64,000 nt of DNA from contig PLWV01000019.1 of NCBI GenBank assembly GCA_003153155.1, positions 1,137 to 65,136 of the forward strand, given 5' to 3'. The translations under genes were made by a program, and so were the position numbers. This document shows positions 44,260 through 53,071 of the stretch, piece after piece (the first letter of the stretch is position 1; each line of letters starts with the position of its first letter). The DNA is from Gallionella sp. (GTDB lineage Bacteria; Pseudomonadota; Gammaproteobacteria; Burkholderiales; Gallionellaceae). A model generated the notes under the pieces. It was given only the letters and a program-made list of their open reading frames with translations, had not been told where the DNA came from and made no database searches.

Positions 44260-44691
44260 ATGACCAAAGTGGACTTTTACACCGGCTCACCCGACAAGCT
44301 GCGCACCGCTTGCCAGTTGAGCCACAAAGCCATGCAGAGTGGCGTGCGCACGGTCATCAGCGTGCCCGATGCAGCAACCACTGATGCGTTGGATAAACTG
44401 CTCTGGCATTACCCTGCCACCGCCTTTATTCCGCACTGTCGTAGCGATGCCGAAGAAGCAGAGCAAATGCCGGTTGTGCTGAATCTTGGTGGCGAAAAAT
44501 TCCCGCATCATGATTTGTTGATCAGCCTGCACACCGAATGTGTGCCATTCTTCAGCCGCTTCGAACGTGTCATCGAGATCATCAGCAACGATGCAGAAGA
44601 CAGCCGCATGGGGCGTGAACGTTTCAAGTTCTATCGTGATCGCGGCTATGAGCTGTGTCATATTGATTTATCCAAAACTCAAAATACATGA
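44260..44691 (+). CDS. holC: DNA polymerase III chi subunit
   Basis: MTKVDFY, LDKLLWH...F.PH, FSRFERVIEI, RERFKFYRDRGY. Confidence 0.93.
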   Translation: MTKVDFYTGSPDKLRTACQLSHKAMQSGVRTVISVPDAATTDALDKLLWHYPATAFIPHCRSDAEEAEQMPVVLNLGGEKFPHHDLLISLHTECVPFFSRFERVIEIISNDAEDSRMGRERFKFYRDRGYELCHIDLSKTQNT

Positions 44692-45020
44692 CCTCCATCA
44701 AACAACCGGACAGCGATTCACCTTCCGAACAGACTTTGCCGACACGAACGATAGGCGAAACGACACTGGATGATTTACCTACTCTCACCGAGGTTGTTGC
44801 TGAAGCAGATACCCATCTGCCACATGTATTGAGCGCGGAGGAAATACAGCAGCTTCTGCATCAACTCGAGGCACACATTGAAACCCTGTTCACGCAAAAG
44901 CTCGGCCTCCACCTCGGACAACTGCAACGACTGGCCATCGACCAGGCACTCGACGAACTCAAAGCCGAGTTGCCCGAACTGCTGCGCGATGCGATGAATG
45001 CGTACCTCGATTCCCGCTAG
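44688..45020 (+). CDS. Hypothetical protein between holC and valS
   Basis: Overlapping start/stop with holC; LPTLTEVV motif; helical C-terminus. Confidence 0.7.
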   Translation: MTSIKQPDSDSPSEQTLPTRTIGETTLDDLPTLTEVVAEADTHLPHVLSAEEIQQLLHQLEAHIETLFTQKLGLHLGQLQRLAIDQALDELKAELPELLRDAMNAYLDSR

Positions 45021-45175
45021 CCAACAGTAGTGCCGCGGGGGCAATTCATGAATTGTCCCTGTAATTCCACAGTGACACTACACATCTGCTTTAGCCGATA
45101 GTGAATTGCCTGCCTTTGGTATAATCGCGCCCCTATGACAAGCTCAGGACAGGCAGTCCGCCGCAACGTATCGCA

Positions 45176-48100
45176 ATGAATCTCGAAAAAAGCTTTGAAC
45201 CAAAAAACATCGAATCGCGCTGGTATCCCAAGTGGGAAGAATCCGGTTACTTCAAGGCCGGAGACGGAAAACTTTTGTCCGGGCACCCGCTAGACCCGAA
45301 CAAATCCGAAGCATTCTGTATCCTGCTGCCGCCGCCCAACGTGACCGGCACGCTGCATATGGGGCATGGTTTCAACCAGACCCTAATGGACGCGTTGACC
45401 CGCTACCACCGCATGAAAGGCGACAACACGCTGTGGCAACCTGGCACTGACCACGCCGGTATCGCCACGCAAATCGTGGTGGAACGCCAACTGGATGCAC
45501 AAGGCATTTCGCGCCACGATCTGGGCCGCGAAAAATTCATCGAGAAAGTATGGGAGTGGAAGAAATACTCCGGCGACACTATCACGCGCCAGATGCGCCG
45601 CCTCGGCACTTCGCCGGACTGGTCGCGCGAACGCTTCACAATGGACGAAGGCTTGTCCAAGACCGTCACCGAAACCTTTGTGCGCCTGTACAACGAAGGG
45701 CTGATCTATCGCGGCAAGCGGCTGGTCAACTGGGACCCCAAGCTGCACACCGCCGTGTCCGATCTTGAAGTGGTCCAGGAAGAAGAAGACGGCTTCATGT
45801 GGCACATCCGCTATCCGCTTGCAGAGCCGGACAAAGCGCGCGGATTGACCCACCTCACCGTCGCCACCACCCGCCCCGAAACCATGCTCGGCGACGTGGC
45901 GGTGATGGTGCATCCAGAAGATGAACGCTATAAACATCTGATCGGCAAAATGGTGAAGCTGCCATTATGCAACCGCGAGATTCCCATCATCGCCGATGAA
46001 TACGTCGATATGGAATTCGGCACGGGCGTAGTGAAGGTCACACCGGCGCATGACTTCAACGACTATGCGGTTGGTCAACGACACAAGCTACCGATGATCA
46101 GTGTCCTGAGTCTGGATGGCAAAATCAAGAGCAAAGCTGAGAACAAACTGCGTGTCCAATCAAAAGCATTACGTGACACTATCAGTGAAGCAATGGATTT
46201 CCATAGTGACGTTGAATTAATCCCTGTTAAATACCAAGGACTGGACCGCTTCGCTGCTCGCAAACAAATCGTTTCCGACTTGGAATCAGCCGGACTACTG
46301 GAAAAAGTCGACAAGCACAAACTCAAAGTGCCGCGTGGCGACCGCACCCATGTAGTGATCGAACCGATGCTCACCGACCAGTGGTTCGTCGCGATGAGCA
46401 AGCCGGGTAAAGAAGGTAAGAGCATCACCGAGCAAGCGCTGGAATGCGTCGCTTCCGGCGAAATAAAATTTCATCCTGAAAACTGGGTGAACACCTACAA
46501 CCAGTGGCTGAACAACATTCAGGACTGGTGCATCTCGCGCCAACTGTGGTGGGGGCATCAGATTCCGGCGTGGTACGACGAAGACGGCAATGTGATAGTT
46601 GCTAAAAGCGATATCGAAGCATACATCCAATACTTCGATAAGTTAGGTAAGACTGAGTGGAGCGTAACGCTAAAGGCGATGTCCGCAATTGCGTGGGATC
46701 GACCAGAAATTGCTACTCTCCAATTGAATGGCGCTCTTGATGCATGGAATGCTCCACGCCTCACGCGTGACGCCGACGTGCTGGACACTTGGTTCTCGTC
46801 CGCGCTGTGGCCGTTCTCCACGCTGGACTGGGATGAAGGGAAACCATTCCAAGAACAGAATGCCTTTGTTCAAAAATATCTGCCGTCTTCCTTGCTGGTC
46901 ACCGGCTTCGACATCATCTTCTTCTGGGTGGCGCGCATGGTGATGATGACCAAACACATCACCGGCAAGATCCCGTTCAAGGACGTGTATGTGCATGGCC
47001 TGATCCGCGATGCCGAGGGACAGAAGATGTCCAAGTCCAAGGGCAACGTGCTCGATCCGATCGATTTGATCGACGGCATCACGCTGGAAGATTTACTAAA
47101 GAAACGCACCACCGGCCTGATGAATCCCAAGCAAGCGGAACAGATCGAGAAGCGCACGCGCAAGGAATTCCCCGAGGGCATTCCGGCATTTGGCACCGAT
47201 GCGTTGCGCTTTACCTTTGCGTCGCTGGCCTCGCCGGGACGCGACATCAAATTCGACATGCAGCGTTGCGAAGGTTATCGCAATTTCTGCAACAAGCTGT
47301 GGAACGCCACGCGTTTTGTGCTGATGAACTGCGACGGCAAGGATGTCGGACTCGACGAAAGTCTGCCGCTGGAATTCTCCGCCGCCGACAAGTGGATGAT
47401 CAGTGTGCTACAACAAGCAGAGGCAGAAATGGCGCAGCACTTTGCCGATTACCGTTTCGACATGGCCGCGCGCACGGTGTACGAACTGGTGTGGAACGCT
47501 TACTGCGACTGGTATGTGGAACTGGCCAAGGTGCAGATCGCCACCGGCAATCCAGCGCAACAACGCGCCACACGGCGCACACTGGTGCGCGTGCTGGAAA
47601 CCATTCTGCGTCTGGCGCACCCGATCATTCCGTTCATCACTGAAGAGTTGTGGCAATCCGTCGCGCCATTAGCAGGAAAATCCGGCGACAGTATCATGTT
47701 GCAAGCTTATCCAAAATCGGACGTAGCCAGGATAGACAAAGCCGCGATGGAGCAAGTCGCGCTGTTGCAGGAAATCATCAACGCCTGCCGCAGACTGCGC
47801 AGCGAGATGAATCTCTCGCCTGCGCAACGTATACCGCTGATCGCTGCGGGAGATGCCGCCACACTCAACGCACTATCTCCCTACATCAGCAGTCTGGCCA
47901 AACTCAGCGAAGTGCAGATCGTCGCTGACTTACCCAACGGTGACGCGGCGATCGCCATCGTTGGGGCATTCAGACTGATGCTGAAAGTTGAGATTGATGT
48001 CGTTGCCGAACGCGAACGGCTGGATAAAGAGATCGCCCGCCTGCAAAACGAAATCGGCAAGACACAAAGCAAGTTATCCAATGCCAGCTTTGTAGATCGT

Positions 48101-48196
48101 GCTCCCGCAGCAGTGGTGGAACAGGAGCGCAAGCGCATGGAAGAGTTCAGCGCGACGCTGGCGCAACTACAGACTCAACGCAGCAAGCTGGGTTAG
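45176..48196 (+). CDS. valS: Valine-tRNA ligase with AT-rich insertions
   Basis: [33 protein letters not shown], coiled-coil C-terminus; TATAAT at 45120-45125. Confidence 0.98.
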   Translation: MNLEKSFEPKNIESRWYPKWEESGYFKAGDGKLLSGHPLDPNKSEAFCILLPPPNVTGTLHMGHGFNQTLMDALTRYHRMKGDNTLWQPGTDHAGIATQIVVERQLDAQGISRHDLGREKFIEKVWEWKKYSGDTITRQMRRLGTSPDWSRERFTMDEGLSKTVTETFVRLYNEGLIYRGKRLVNWDPKLHTAVSDLEVVQEEEDGFMWHIRYPLAEPDKARGLTHLTVATTRPETMLGDVAVMVHPEDERYKHLIGKMVKLPLCNREIPIIADEYVDMEFGTGVVKVTPAHDFNDYAVGQRHKLPMISVLSLDGKIKSKAENKLRVQSKALRDTISEAMDFHSDVELIPVKYQGLDRFAARKQIVSDLESAGLLEKVDKHKLKVPRGDRTHVVIEPMLTDQWFVAMSKPGKEGKSITEQALECVASGEIKFHPENWVNTYNQWLNNIQDWCISRQLWWGHQIPAWYDEDGNVIVAKSDIEAYIQYFDKLGKTEWSVTLKAMSAIAWDRPEIATLQLNGALDAWNAPRLTRDADVLDTWFSSALWPFSTLDWDEGKPFQEQNAFVQKYLPSSLLVTGFDIIFFWVARMVMMTKHITGKIPFKDVYVHGLIRDAEGQKMSKSKGNVLDPIDLIDGITLEDLLKKRTTGLMNPKQAEQIEKRTRKEFPEGIPAFGTDALRFTFASLASPGRDIKFDMQRCEGYRNFCNKLWNATRFVLMNCDGKDVGLDESLPLEFSAADKWMISVLQQAEAEMAQHFADYRFDMAARTVYELVWNAYCDWYVELAKVQIATGNPAQQRATRRTLVRVLETILRLAHPIIPFITEELWQSVAPLAGKSGDSIMLQAYPKSDVARIDKAAMEQVALLQEIINACRRLRSEMNLSPAQRIPLIAAGDAATLNALSPYISSLAKLSEVQIVADLPNGDAAIAIVGAFRLMLKVEIDVVAERERLDKEIARLQNEIGKTQSKLSNASFVDRAPAAVVEQERKRMEEFSATLAQLQTQRSKLG

Positions 48197-48202
48197 TAAA
48201 AA

Positions 48203-48430
48203 TCAACGGCGACGCAGATAAAAAATAAACTCGCCGTCATGCGCCGTCGAAGATAACAGTTCATTGCCCGTCTGACGGCAAAACACCTCAAAGTCTTTAG
48301 GTGATCCATTGTCAGTCGCGACTATTCTGATAACCTGGCCGCTGGTCATTTGCGACAGCGATTTTTTTGCGCGCAGAATCGGCAACGGACAGGCTAACTG
48401 ACGGGCATCCAGTTCAACATCGAATTTCAT
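48203..48430 (-). CDS. Sulfurtransferase TusA/SirA family
   Basis: LDARQLACPLPILRAKKSL, VATDNGSPKDF. Confidence 0.9.
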   Translation of the reverse strand: MKFDVELDARQLACPLPILRAKKSLSQMTSGQVIRIVATDNGSPKDFEVFCRQTGNELLSSTAHDGEFIFYLRRR

Positions 48431-48774
48431 GACTCTATCGGCAATCCGGCCTGCGCCCACGCCGTGATTCCGCCCTGCAGGTTATGCACATCGGTAAAGC
48501 CATTCGCCGCGGCAAATGCGGCAGCCTGCGCGGAGCGCCCGCCCACCTGGCAATAGAAGACGGTGGTGGAGCTCTTGTCCATCCCGCTTAAGCGCAACGG
48601 CAACAAATGTAGCGGCAAGGAGTCGCCCTGTGGAATTTTTCCGCGCGCCACTTCCGCATCCGTGCGCACGTCCACCAAGCGTAAGCCACCCTGTTTCATC
48701 ATCGCCTGCAGTTCTGCGACGGTGATATTCTTGAATCCGTTAATGTTCATGGCACTAGGCATTTTCTTGCTCAT
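48427..48774 (-). CDS. Rhodanese-like domain protein
   Basis: LVDVRT..E...G.IP, FYCQVGGRSAQAA, NLQGGITAW. Confidence 0.9.
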   Translation of the reverse strand: MSKKMPSAMNINGFKNITVAELQAMMKQGGLRLVDVRTDAEVARGKIPQGDSLPLHLLPLRLSGMDKSSTTVFYCQVGGRSAQAAAFAAANGFTDVHNLQGGITAWAQAGLPIES

Positions 48775-50065
48775 CTTCCGGTTGATTATGATCAGCCAAC
48801 AAATGCGAGACTCTGGTATTCGCAACCGACAAACGCTTTACCAGCATGCGCAGAAAAGCATCGACGAACTGTAACCGGCATCCAGTCGTTGCATGTTTCA
48901 GCACATCGGGGTTGATTTCGATCAGCACCACGTCGTTCTTGGCGATCACGTCGGTGCTGCGTTTGAAGTCACGCTCTAAAAGGTGCGCCATTTCACCAAA
49001 ACAATTACCGCGATGCAAGAGACTCAATAACCTGCCCTGCTTGGTCACACGCACCGTACCTTGTCCCAAAATGAAGAAAGAGCGTCCGCTTTCGCCTTCA
49101 TGGAGAATGTACTCGGATTCTGGAACTTTGCGCCATTCACTGATGCGCAACGCCTCCCAAAGTTCCACATCACTGAAATTCTTGAAAAACACCAAACTGC
49201 GCAGAGTGTCAAATTTTTCCGTATCAAAAATTTCTTTCTGAGCAGGTGCTGAATGACTGGAGAATCCGACCAGATCACTCGCAAACTCATCCCAAGTCTG
49301 ATAGCGTTTGGCAGTATCCTTCGCCATTGCGCGCTGCACAATCGCATCCAGTTCTGGCGGTGTTTCCGGACGAAATGTGCTGGGTGGTGGTGGGTCGATG
49401 TTGATGATGTGATAAATCATGCTGAAATTATTGCTCGCGTCAAACGGCAACTTGCCGGTAAGCAGTTTGTACATCACCACCCCCAGCGAATAGATATCCG
49501 TCTGATGAGTCAGTTTCAACTCTTTGACTTGTTCCGGCGACATGTAGGCAGGCGAACCTATCCCGCTGACTTGGGTGGTTTGCTGGTTCTGGATAGCCGC
49601 CGAGCCAAAGTCTGAAATCTTGATATCGGTTTCACCCTGCAACAAAATATTGGCCGGTTTGATATCGCGATGAATCACGCCCTGATACTGCGCATATTCG
49701 AGAGCCTTGCAACACTTGTAAGTGATTTCCGCAATGGTGCTGATCGGCAACAGCTTATCCACCTCGGCGTATTGTTCAAGTGTACTGCCCTCGACGTATT
49801 CCATCACCATGTAATTGATATCGCCCTCCATCACCGCATCCAGAATCTTTGCGATATGCGGATGTGACAACTTGCCCGCCAGCGATGCCTCAGTCATCAA
49901 GAGCTTGCGATAAATCTTGGCGCGATTGGGGTCGCGCAACATCCCAAGATCGAATAACTTGATGGCGACCTGCTGCTTGTTGAACGGATCGATAGCGAGG
50001 TACACTGTGCTGGTCGCCCCGGTACCGAGTACACGTACTATTTCGTATTTGCCGATTTTGTCCAT
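48755..50065 (-). CDS. Hanks-type Ser/Thr kinase fused to a C-terminal cNMP-binding domain
   Basis: LGTGATSTVY, VAIK, HRDIKPAN, DFG, SPEQ; C-terminal CFGEMAHL...KRSTDVIA. Confidence 0.9.
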   Translation of the reverse strand: MDKIGKYEIVRVLGTGATSTVYLAIDPFNKQQVAIKLFDLGMLRDPNRAKIYRKLLMTEASLAGKLSHPHIAKILDAVMEGDINYMVMEYVEGSTLEQYAEVDKLLPISTIAEITYKCCKALEYAQYQGVIHRDIKPANILLQGETDIKISDFGSAAIQNQQTTQVSGIGSPAYMSPEQVKELKLTHQTDIYSLGVVMYKLLTGKLPFDASNNFSMIYHIINIDPPPPSTFRPETPPELDAIVQRAMAKDTAKRYQTWDEFASDLVGFSSHSAPAQKEIFDTEKFDTLRSLVFFKNFSDVELWEALRISEWRKVPESEYILHEGESGRSFFILGQGTVRVTKQGRLLSLLHRGNCFGEMAHLLERDFKRSTDVIAKNDVVLIEINPDVLKHATTGCRLQFVDAFLRMLVKRLSVANTRVSHLLADHNQPEDEQENA

Positions 50066-50203
50066 TTCCTGATTGCGAGATTGAAAACTTTCCAATTCTG
50101 CGCATTTTGCAGAGCGCTGTCTATACGGAATGAATACACTTTGAAACAATTGTAGCGCCTCCGGCAGTTTGAACCACAAGCAAAAACAACTATCATAGTA
50201 ATC

Positions 50204-51667
50204 ATGAAAAAATTGAAAGGCGCTTATCCCGGCACCGGACTGACCCTGGCACTGCTGCTGTGCTTTTCACCCTGCGCCGTGAGTGACGGCCTTCCTGACT
50301 TGGGCGATGTCTCGCAGGCCGCGCTTACCCCGCTACAGGAACGCCAGATAGGACAGCAGAGCATGATGCAGATTCGTGCCGGCAAACAATATCTGGACGA
50401 TGCCGAGATCAACGATTACCTGAATCAACTGGGTGCCAAGCTGGTCGAAAACAGTCCCGAACCTTCACTCGATTTTGAATTTTTTGCAGTAGATGATTAT
50501 AGCGTCAACGCGTTTGCCTTGCCGGGTGGCTTCATCGGCGTAAATGCAGGGCTGCTACTCATAACTCAAAGTGAATCGGAATTAGCCTCCGTGTTAAGCC
50601 ACGAAATTTCACACGTCACACAACACCATCTGGCTCGCATGATAGAGGGGCAACGGGGTGATAGTCTGATCTCGATGGCGGCCATCGCCATCGCCATACT
50701 CGCCGCACGCACCAGCCCGCAAGCGGCAGAAGCCACCATCGCCAGCGTACAGGCGGGCAATATACAGAAACAGCTTAATTTTACCCGCGCTAATGAGGAG
50801 GAAGCGGATCGCATCGGCCTGCAGCTATTACAAAAATCCGGCTTCAACACCCACGCCATGCCGGAATTTCTGGAGCGGCTGCAAAAAGCAACGCGTCTGC
50901 TGGACAGCAACGCGCCAAACTATATGCGCACCCACCCGATCACCAGCGACCGCATCGCCGAGATCGAAAATCGCATCCATAACCAACCTTACCGCTTGAT
51001 TCCGGATAGCCTGGATTTTCAACTGGTGCGCACCAAACTCATCGCTGCACAAAAGACCGCGCCGGATGCCATCGCTTATTTCAGCGACGCCCTGGGAACG
51101 CAAAACTACGGCAACCCGATTGCACAGCGTTATGGACTGGTGAGCGCGCTGTTGCGCGATAACCAGATCCAGCGCGCCGCTCAAGAGTTGACTATTTTGC
51201 GCAAACAGGCCAAGACCAATCCGATGTCCAAGAATAGCCCGATGATAGAAACCCTCGCCGGACAGGTGCTGCGCGCCACAAAAAATTATACCGAGGCGCT
51301 GGCGTTTTACCGCACCGCCGTACAGAACTTTCCGCAACATCGCGCCCTGATTTATGACTACACCGACCTGCTGCTGCAGGACAACCAAGCGGAAATCGCC
51401 GTCAAACTGCTCACCGAACAACTCACCCGCCACCCCAGCGACACTACGTTATATGACCTGCAAGCCAGGGCCTACGCCATGCAAGGAAAAACTCTGGAAC
51501 AACATCAAGCACAAGCCTACAGCTATGCCTGGCAAGGCGATTTGCACGCTGCGATTGAGCAACTCGAATTGGCGAAACAGGCGGGCGGAAGCTTTTACCA
51601 ACTCTCTACGATAGAGAGCGATTTGCGCGAGTTGCGCGAGATGCTGGACGCGCACGGCAAAAAATAG
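50204..51667 (+). CDS. M48 metalloprotease with TPRs (BepA/YfgC-like)
   Basis: NAFALPGG, SHEISHVTQHH (HExxH), EEEADR.G, THP...RI. Confidence 0.92.
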   Translation: MKKLKGAYPGTGLTLALLLCFSPCAVSDGLPDLGDVSQAALTPLQERQIGQQSMMQIRAGKQYLDDAEINDYLNQLGAKLVENSPEPSLDFEFFAVDDYSVNAFALPGGFIGVNAGLLLITQSESELASVLSHEISHVTQHHLARMIEGQRGDSLISMAAIAIAILAARTSPQAAEATIASVQAGNIQKQLNFTRANEEEADRIGLQLLQKSGFNTHAMPEFLERLQKATRLLDSNAPNYMRTHPITSDRIAEIENRIHNQPYRLIPDSLDFQLVRTKLIAAQKTAPDAIAYFSDALGTQNYGNPIAQRYGLVSALLRDNQIQRAAQELTILRKQAKTNPMSKNSPMIETLAGQVLRATKNYTEALAFYRTAVQNFPQHRALIYDYTDLLLQDNQAEIAVKLLTEQLTRHPSDTTLYDLQARAYAMQGKTLEQHQAQAYSYAWQGDLHAAIEQLELAKQAGGSFYQLSTIESDLRELREMLDAHGKK

Positions 51668-51694
51668 CTGCTGCGCTTATCGTTCCCACGCTCT

Positions 51695-51811
51695 TGATGA
51701 AACACCTGATGAAACCACTAGCCATCTGACTAAGCTGCAAAAATCGCAGCAAGTCATTGGTTATAGCCATTCCACTAGGTTGTCAAAGAACGACAACCAA
51801 GTGGCTGGTTA
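51695..51811 (+). mobile_element. Array e: 2 leaders + 2 hairpins (117 bp) inside a GTTCCCACGC/GCGTGGGAAC palindrome (host family 3)
   Basis: tatcgttcccacgctct [TGATGAAACACC-TGATGAAACCAC-hairpin-hairpin] tgcgtgggaacgata. Confidence 0.85.
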
Positions 51812-51825
51812 TGCGTGGGAACGAT

Positions 51826-51851
51826 AAAAAAGCCCCTCTTGCGAGGGGCTT
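51826..51851 (-). terminator. Terminator downstream of pilA
   Basis: AAGCCCCTC-TTGC-GAGGGGCTT with a 6-A run on +. Confidence 0.8.
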
Positions 51852-51888
51852 ATACTTGCAGCACTACCCTAAGGTAGCTCAGGCAAGA

Positions 51889-52476
51889 TTAACTGCAAGA
51901 CTTAGGCAAAACGGCAGCCGGCAACAGAGTTGCAGCGGCACCGACTTTTGCTATATCTGCTGATGCTCCTATGGCTGGATTCTCGGAACCTAGAGTTGTA
52001 ACAACTCCCACAATGGTTATTGGATTGTCCGCGCTAGCATCACCATTGGCGCAAGTCCAGGAACCGCTGTTCGGGTTGTAGTACATGTGCACCTGCACAC
52101 CCGTACCTGCGTTCAAAAGTCTACTACTCACACCCGTACTCTTAAACTGCGCTACGACACTGAATGGGGATGCGGTTCCTTTGATGCCCGCGGCCGGGCC
52201 AGAGTTAGTCGACAAGCCAACCCCCATATTTGCAACATACTTGCCCTGGGTAATGGCGCTAATGCCGCTTGCGGTGTTGATTTCGAATAGACCAGAGGTT
52301 GTATATAGCTCGGTCAACGGCGTCTTTATGCCGTCCAGCAGCGTGAAGGCTTCAGCAGCTTGCGCACGGGCGGTGTAATCGCCGTAAGCAGGAATTGCTA
52401 CTGCAGCCAAGATACCGATGATCGCGACCACGATCATCAATTCGATCAAGGTAAAACCTTTTTGAATGTTTTTCAT
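51889..52476 (-). CDS. pilA: Type IVa major pilin
   Basis: Prepilin [31 protein letters not shown]; C-terminal Cys pair; lower GC than flanks. Confidence 0.93.
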   Translation of the reverse strand: MKNIQKGFTLIELMIVVAIIGILAAVAIPAYGDYTARAQAAEAFTLLDGIKTPLTELYTTSGLFEINTASGISAITQGKYVANMGVGLSTNSGPAAGIKGTASPFSVVAQFKSTGVSSRLLNAGTGVQVHMYYNPNSGSWTCANGDASADNPITIVGVVTTLGSENPAIGASADIAKVGAAATLLPAAVLPKSCS

Positions 52477-52505
52477 ATTAAAGCTCCTTTTGAGTTAACT
52501 TTGTA

Positions 52506-52610
52506 TAGCCATTCGACTAGGCTGCCAAACAGCCTTGCATGTCCGATCGACTAATCTGGCAAACTACGCCAGCCAAGTCGCCGGTCAACGCCAGCCAAGT
52601 CGCTGGTTAA
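52506..52610 (+). repeat. Degenerate, rearranged copies of the hairpin element in the pilA 5' UTR
   Basis: tagccattcgactaggctgccaaacagcc...cgactaatctggcaaactacgccagccaagtcg...gccagccaagtcgctggtta. Confidence 0.75.
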
Positions 52611-52640
52611 CACACAACCTCGTGTGTTGGTGAGTATCTC

Positions 52641-52656
52641 AGCAATTGCCATGCCA
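52641..52656 (-). promoter_or_regulatory. Sigma-54 (-24/-12) promoter of pilA
   Basis: Minus strand TGGCAT-GGCAA-TTGCT matches TGGCAC-N5-TTGCW. Confidence 0.8.
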
Positions 52657-52796
52657 ATATCGCAATGCATTGTTATTGCTGAATGTATAAAAAGCACGTG
52701 AGACCACCGACACATTTTTTATATCAATATCCGTCACCCGACTGACGATTTTGGGCAATTACTTGCACTTCTCTCGTCGTATTTCGACATTTTAGC

Positions 52797-52826
52797 TATC
52801 GTTCCCACGTTCCGCGCGGGAACGAG
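52797..52826. repeat. Empty host-family-3 palindrome
   Basis: atcgttcccacgttccgcgcgggaacgag. Confidence 0.7.
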
Positions 52827-52933
52827 GTTTTTGACGCTCCGCCGGGTGCCCGGATAATAGCTTTTCATCGTCGCGAGAGATGGCGCGTTGTGTTGTTCAT
52901 GTTGCCACCGCTGAGCGAATCCGTTCCCGCGCG

Positions 52934-53050
52934 TAACCAGCCACTTGGTCGGCGTTTTTTGCCGGCCTAGTGGAATGGCTATAACCAATGACTTGCTGCG
53001 TTTTTTGCAGCTTAGTCAGATGGCTAGTGGTTTCATCAGTTGTTTCATCA
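52934..53050 (-). mobile_element. Array g: 2 leaders + 2 hairpins (117 bp) in a family-3 host, inverted relative to array e
   Basis: Minus strand atcgttcccatgctc [TGATGAAACAAC-TGATGAAACCAC-hairpin(TGAC/GTCA)-hairpin(CCAC/GTGG)] cgcgcgggaac. Confidence 0.85.
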
Positions 53051-53071
53051 GAGCATGGGAACGATGAATCA

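Noticed and set aside
51695-51720. Hammerhead core (CUGAUGA...GAAA) or C/D box in the leader
   Set aside because: There is no stem II between CUGAUGA and GAAA, and the motif is not kept in all leaders (TGAAGG, TGGTGG, TGATAA).
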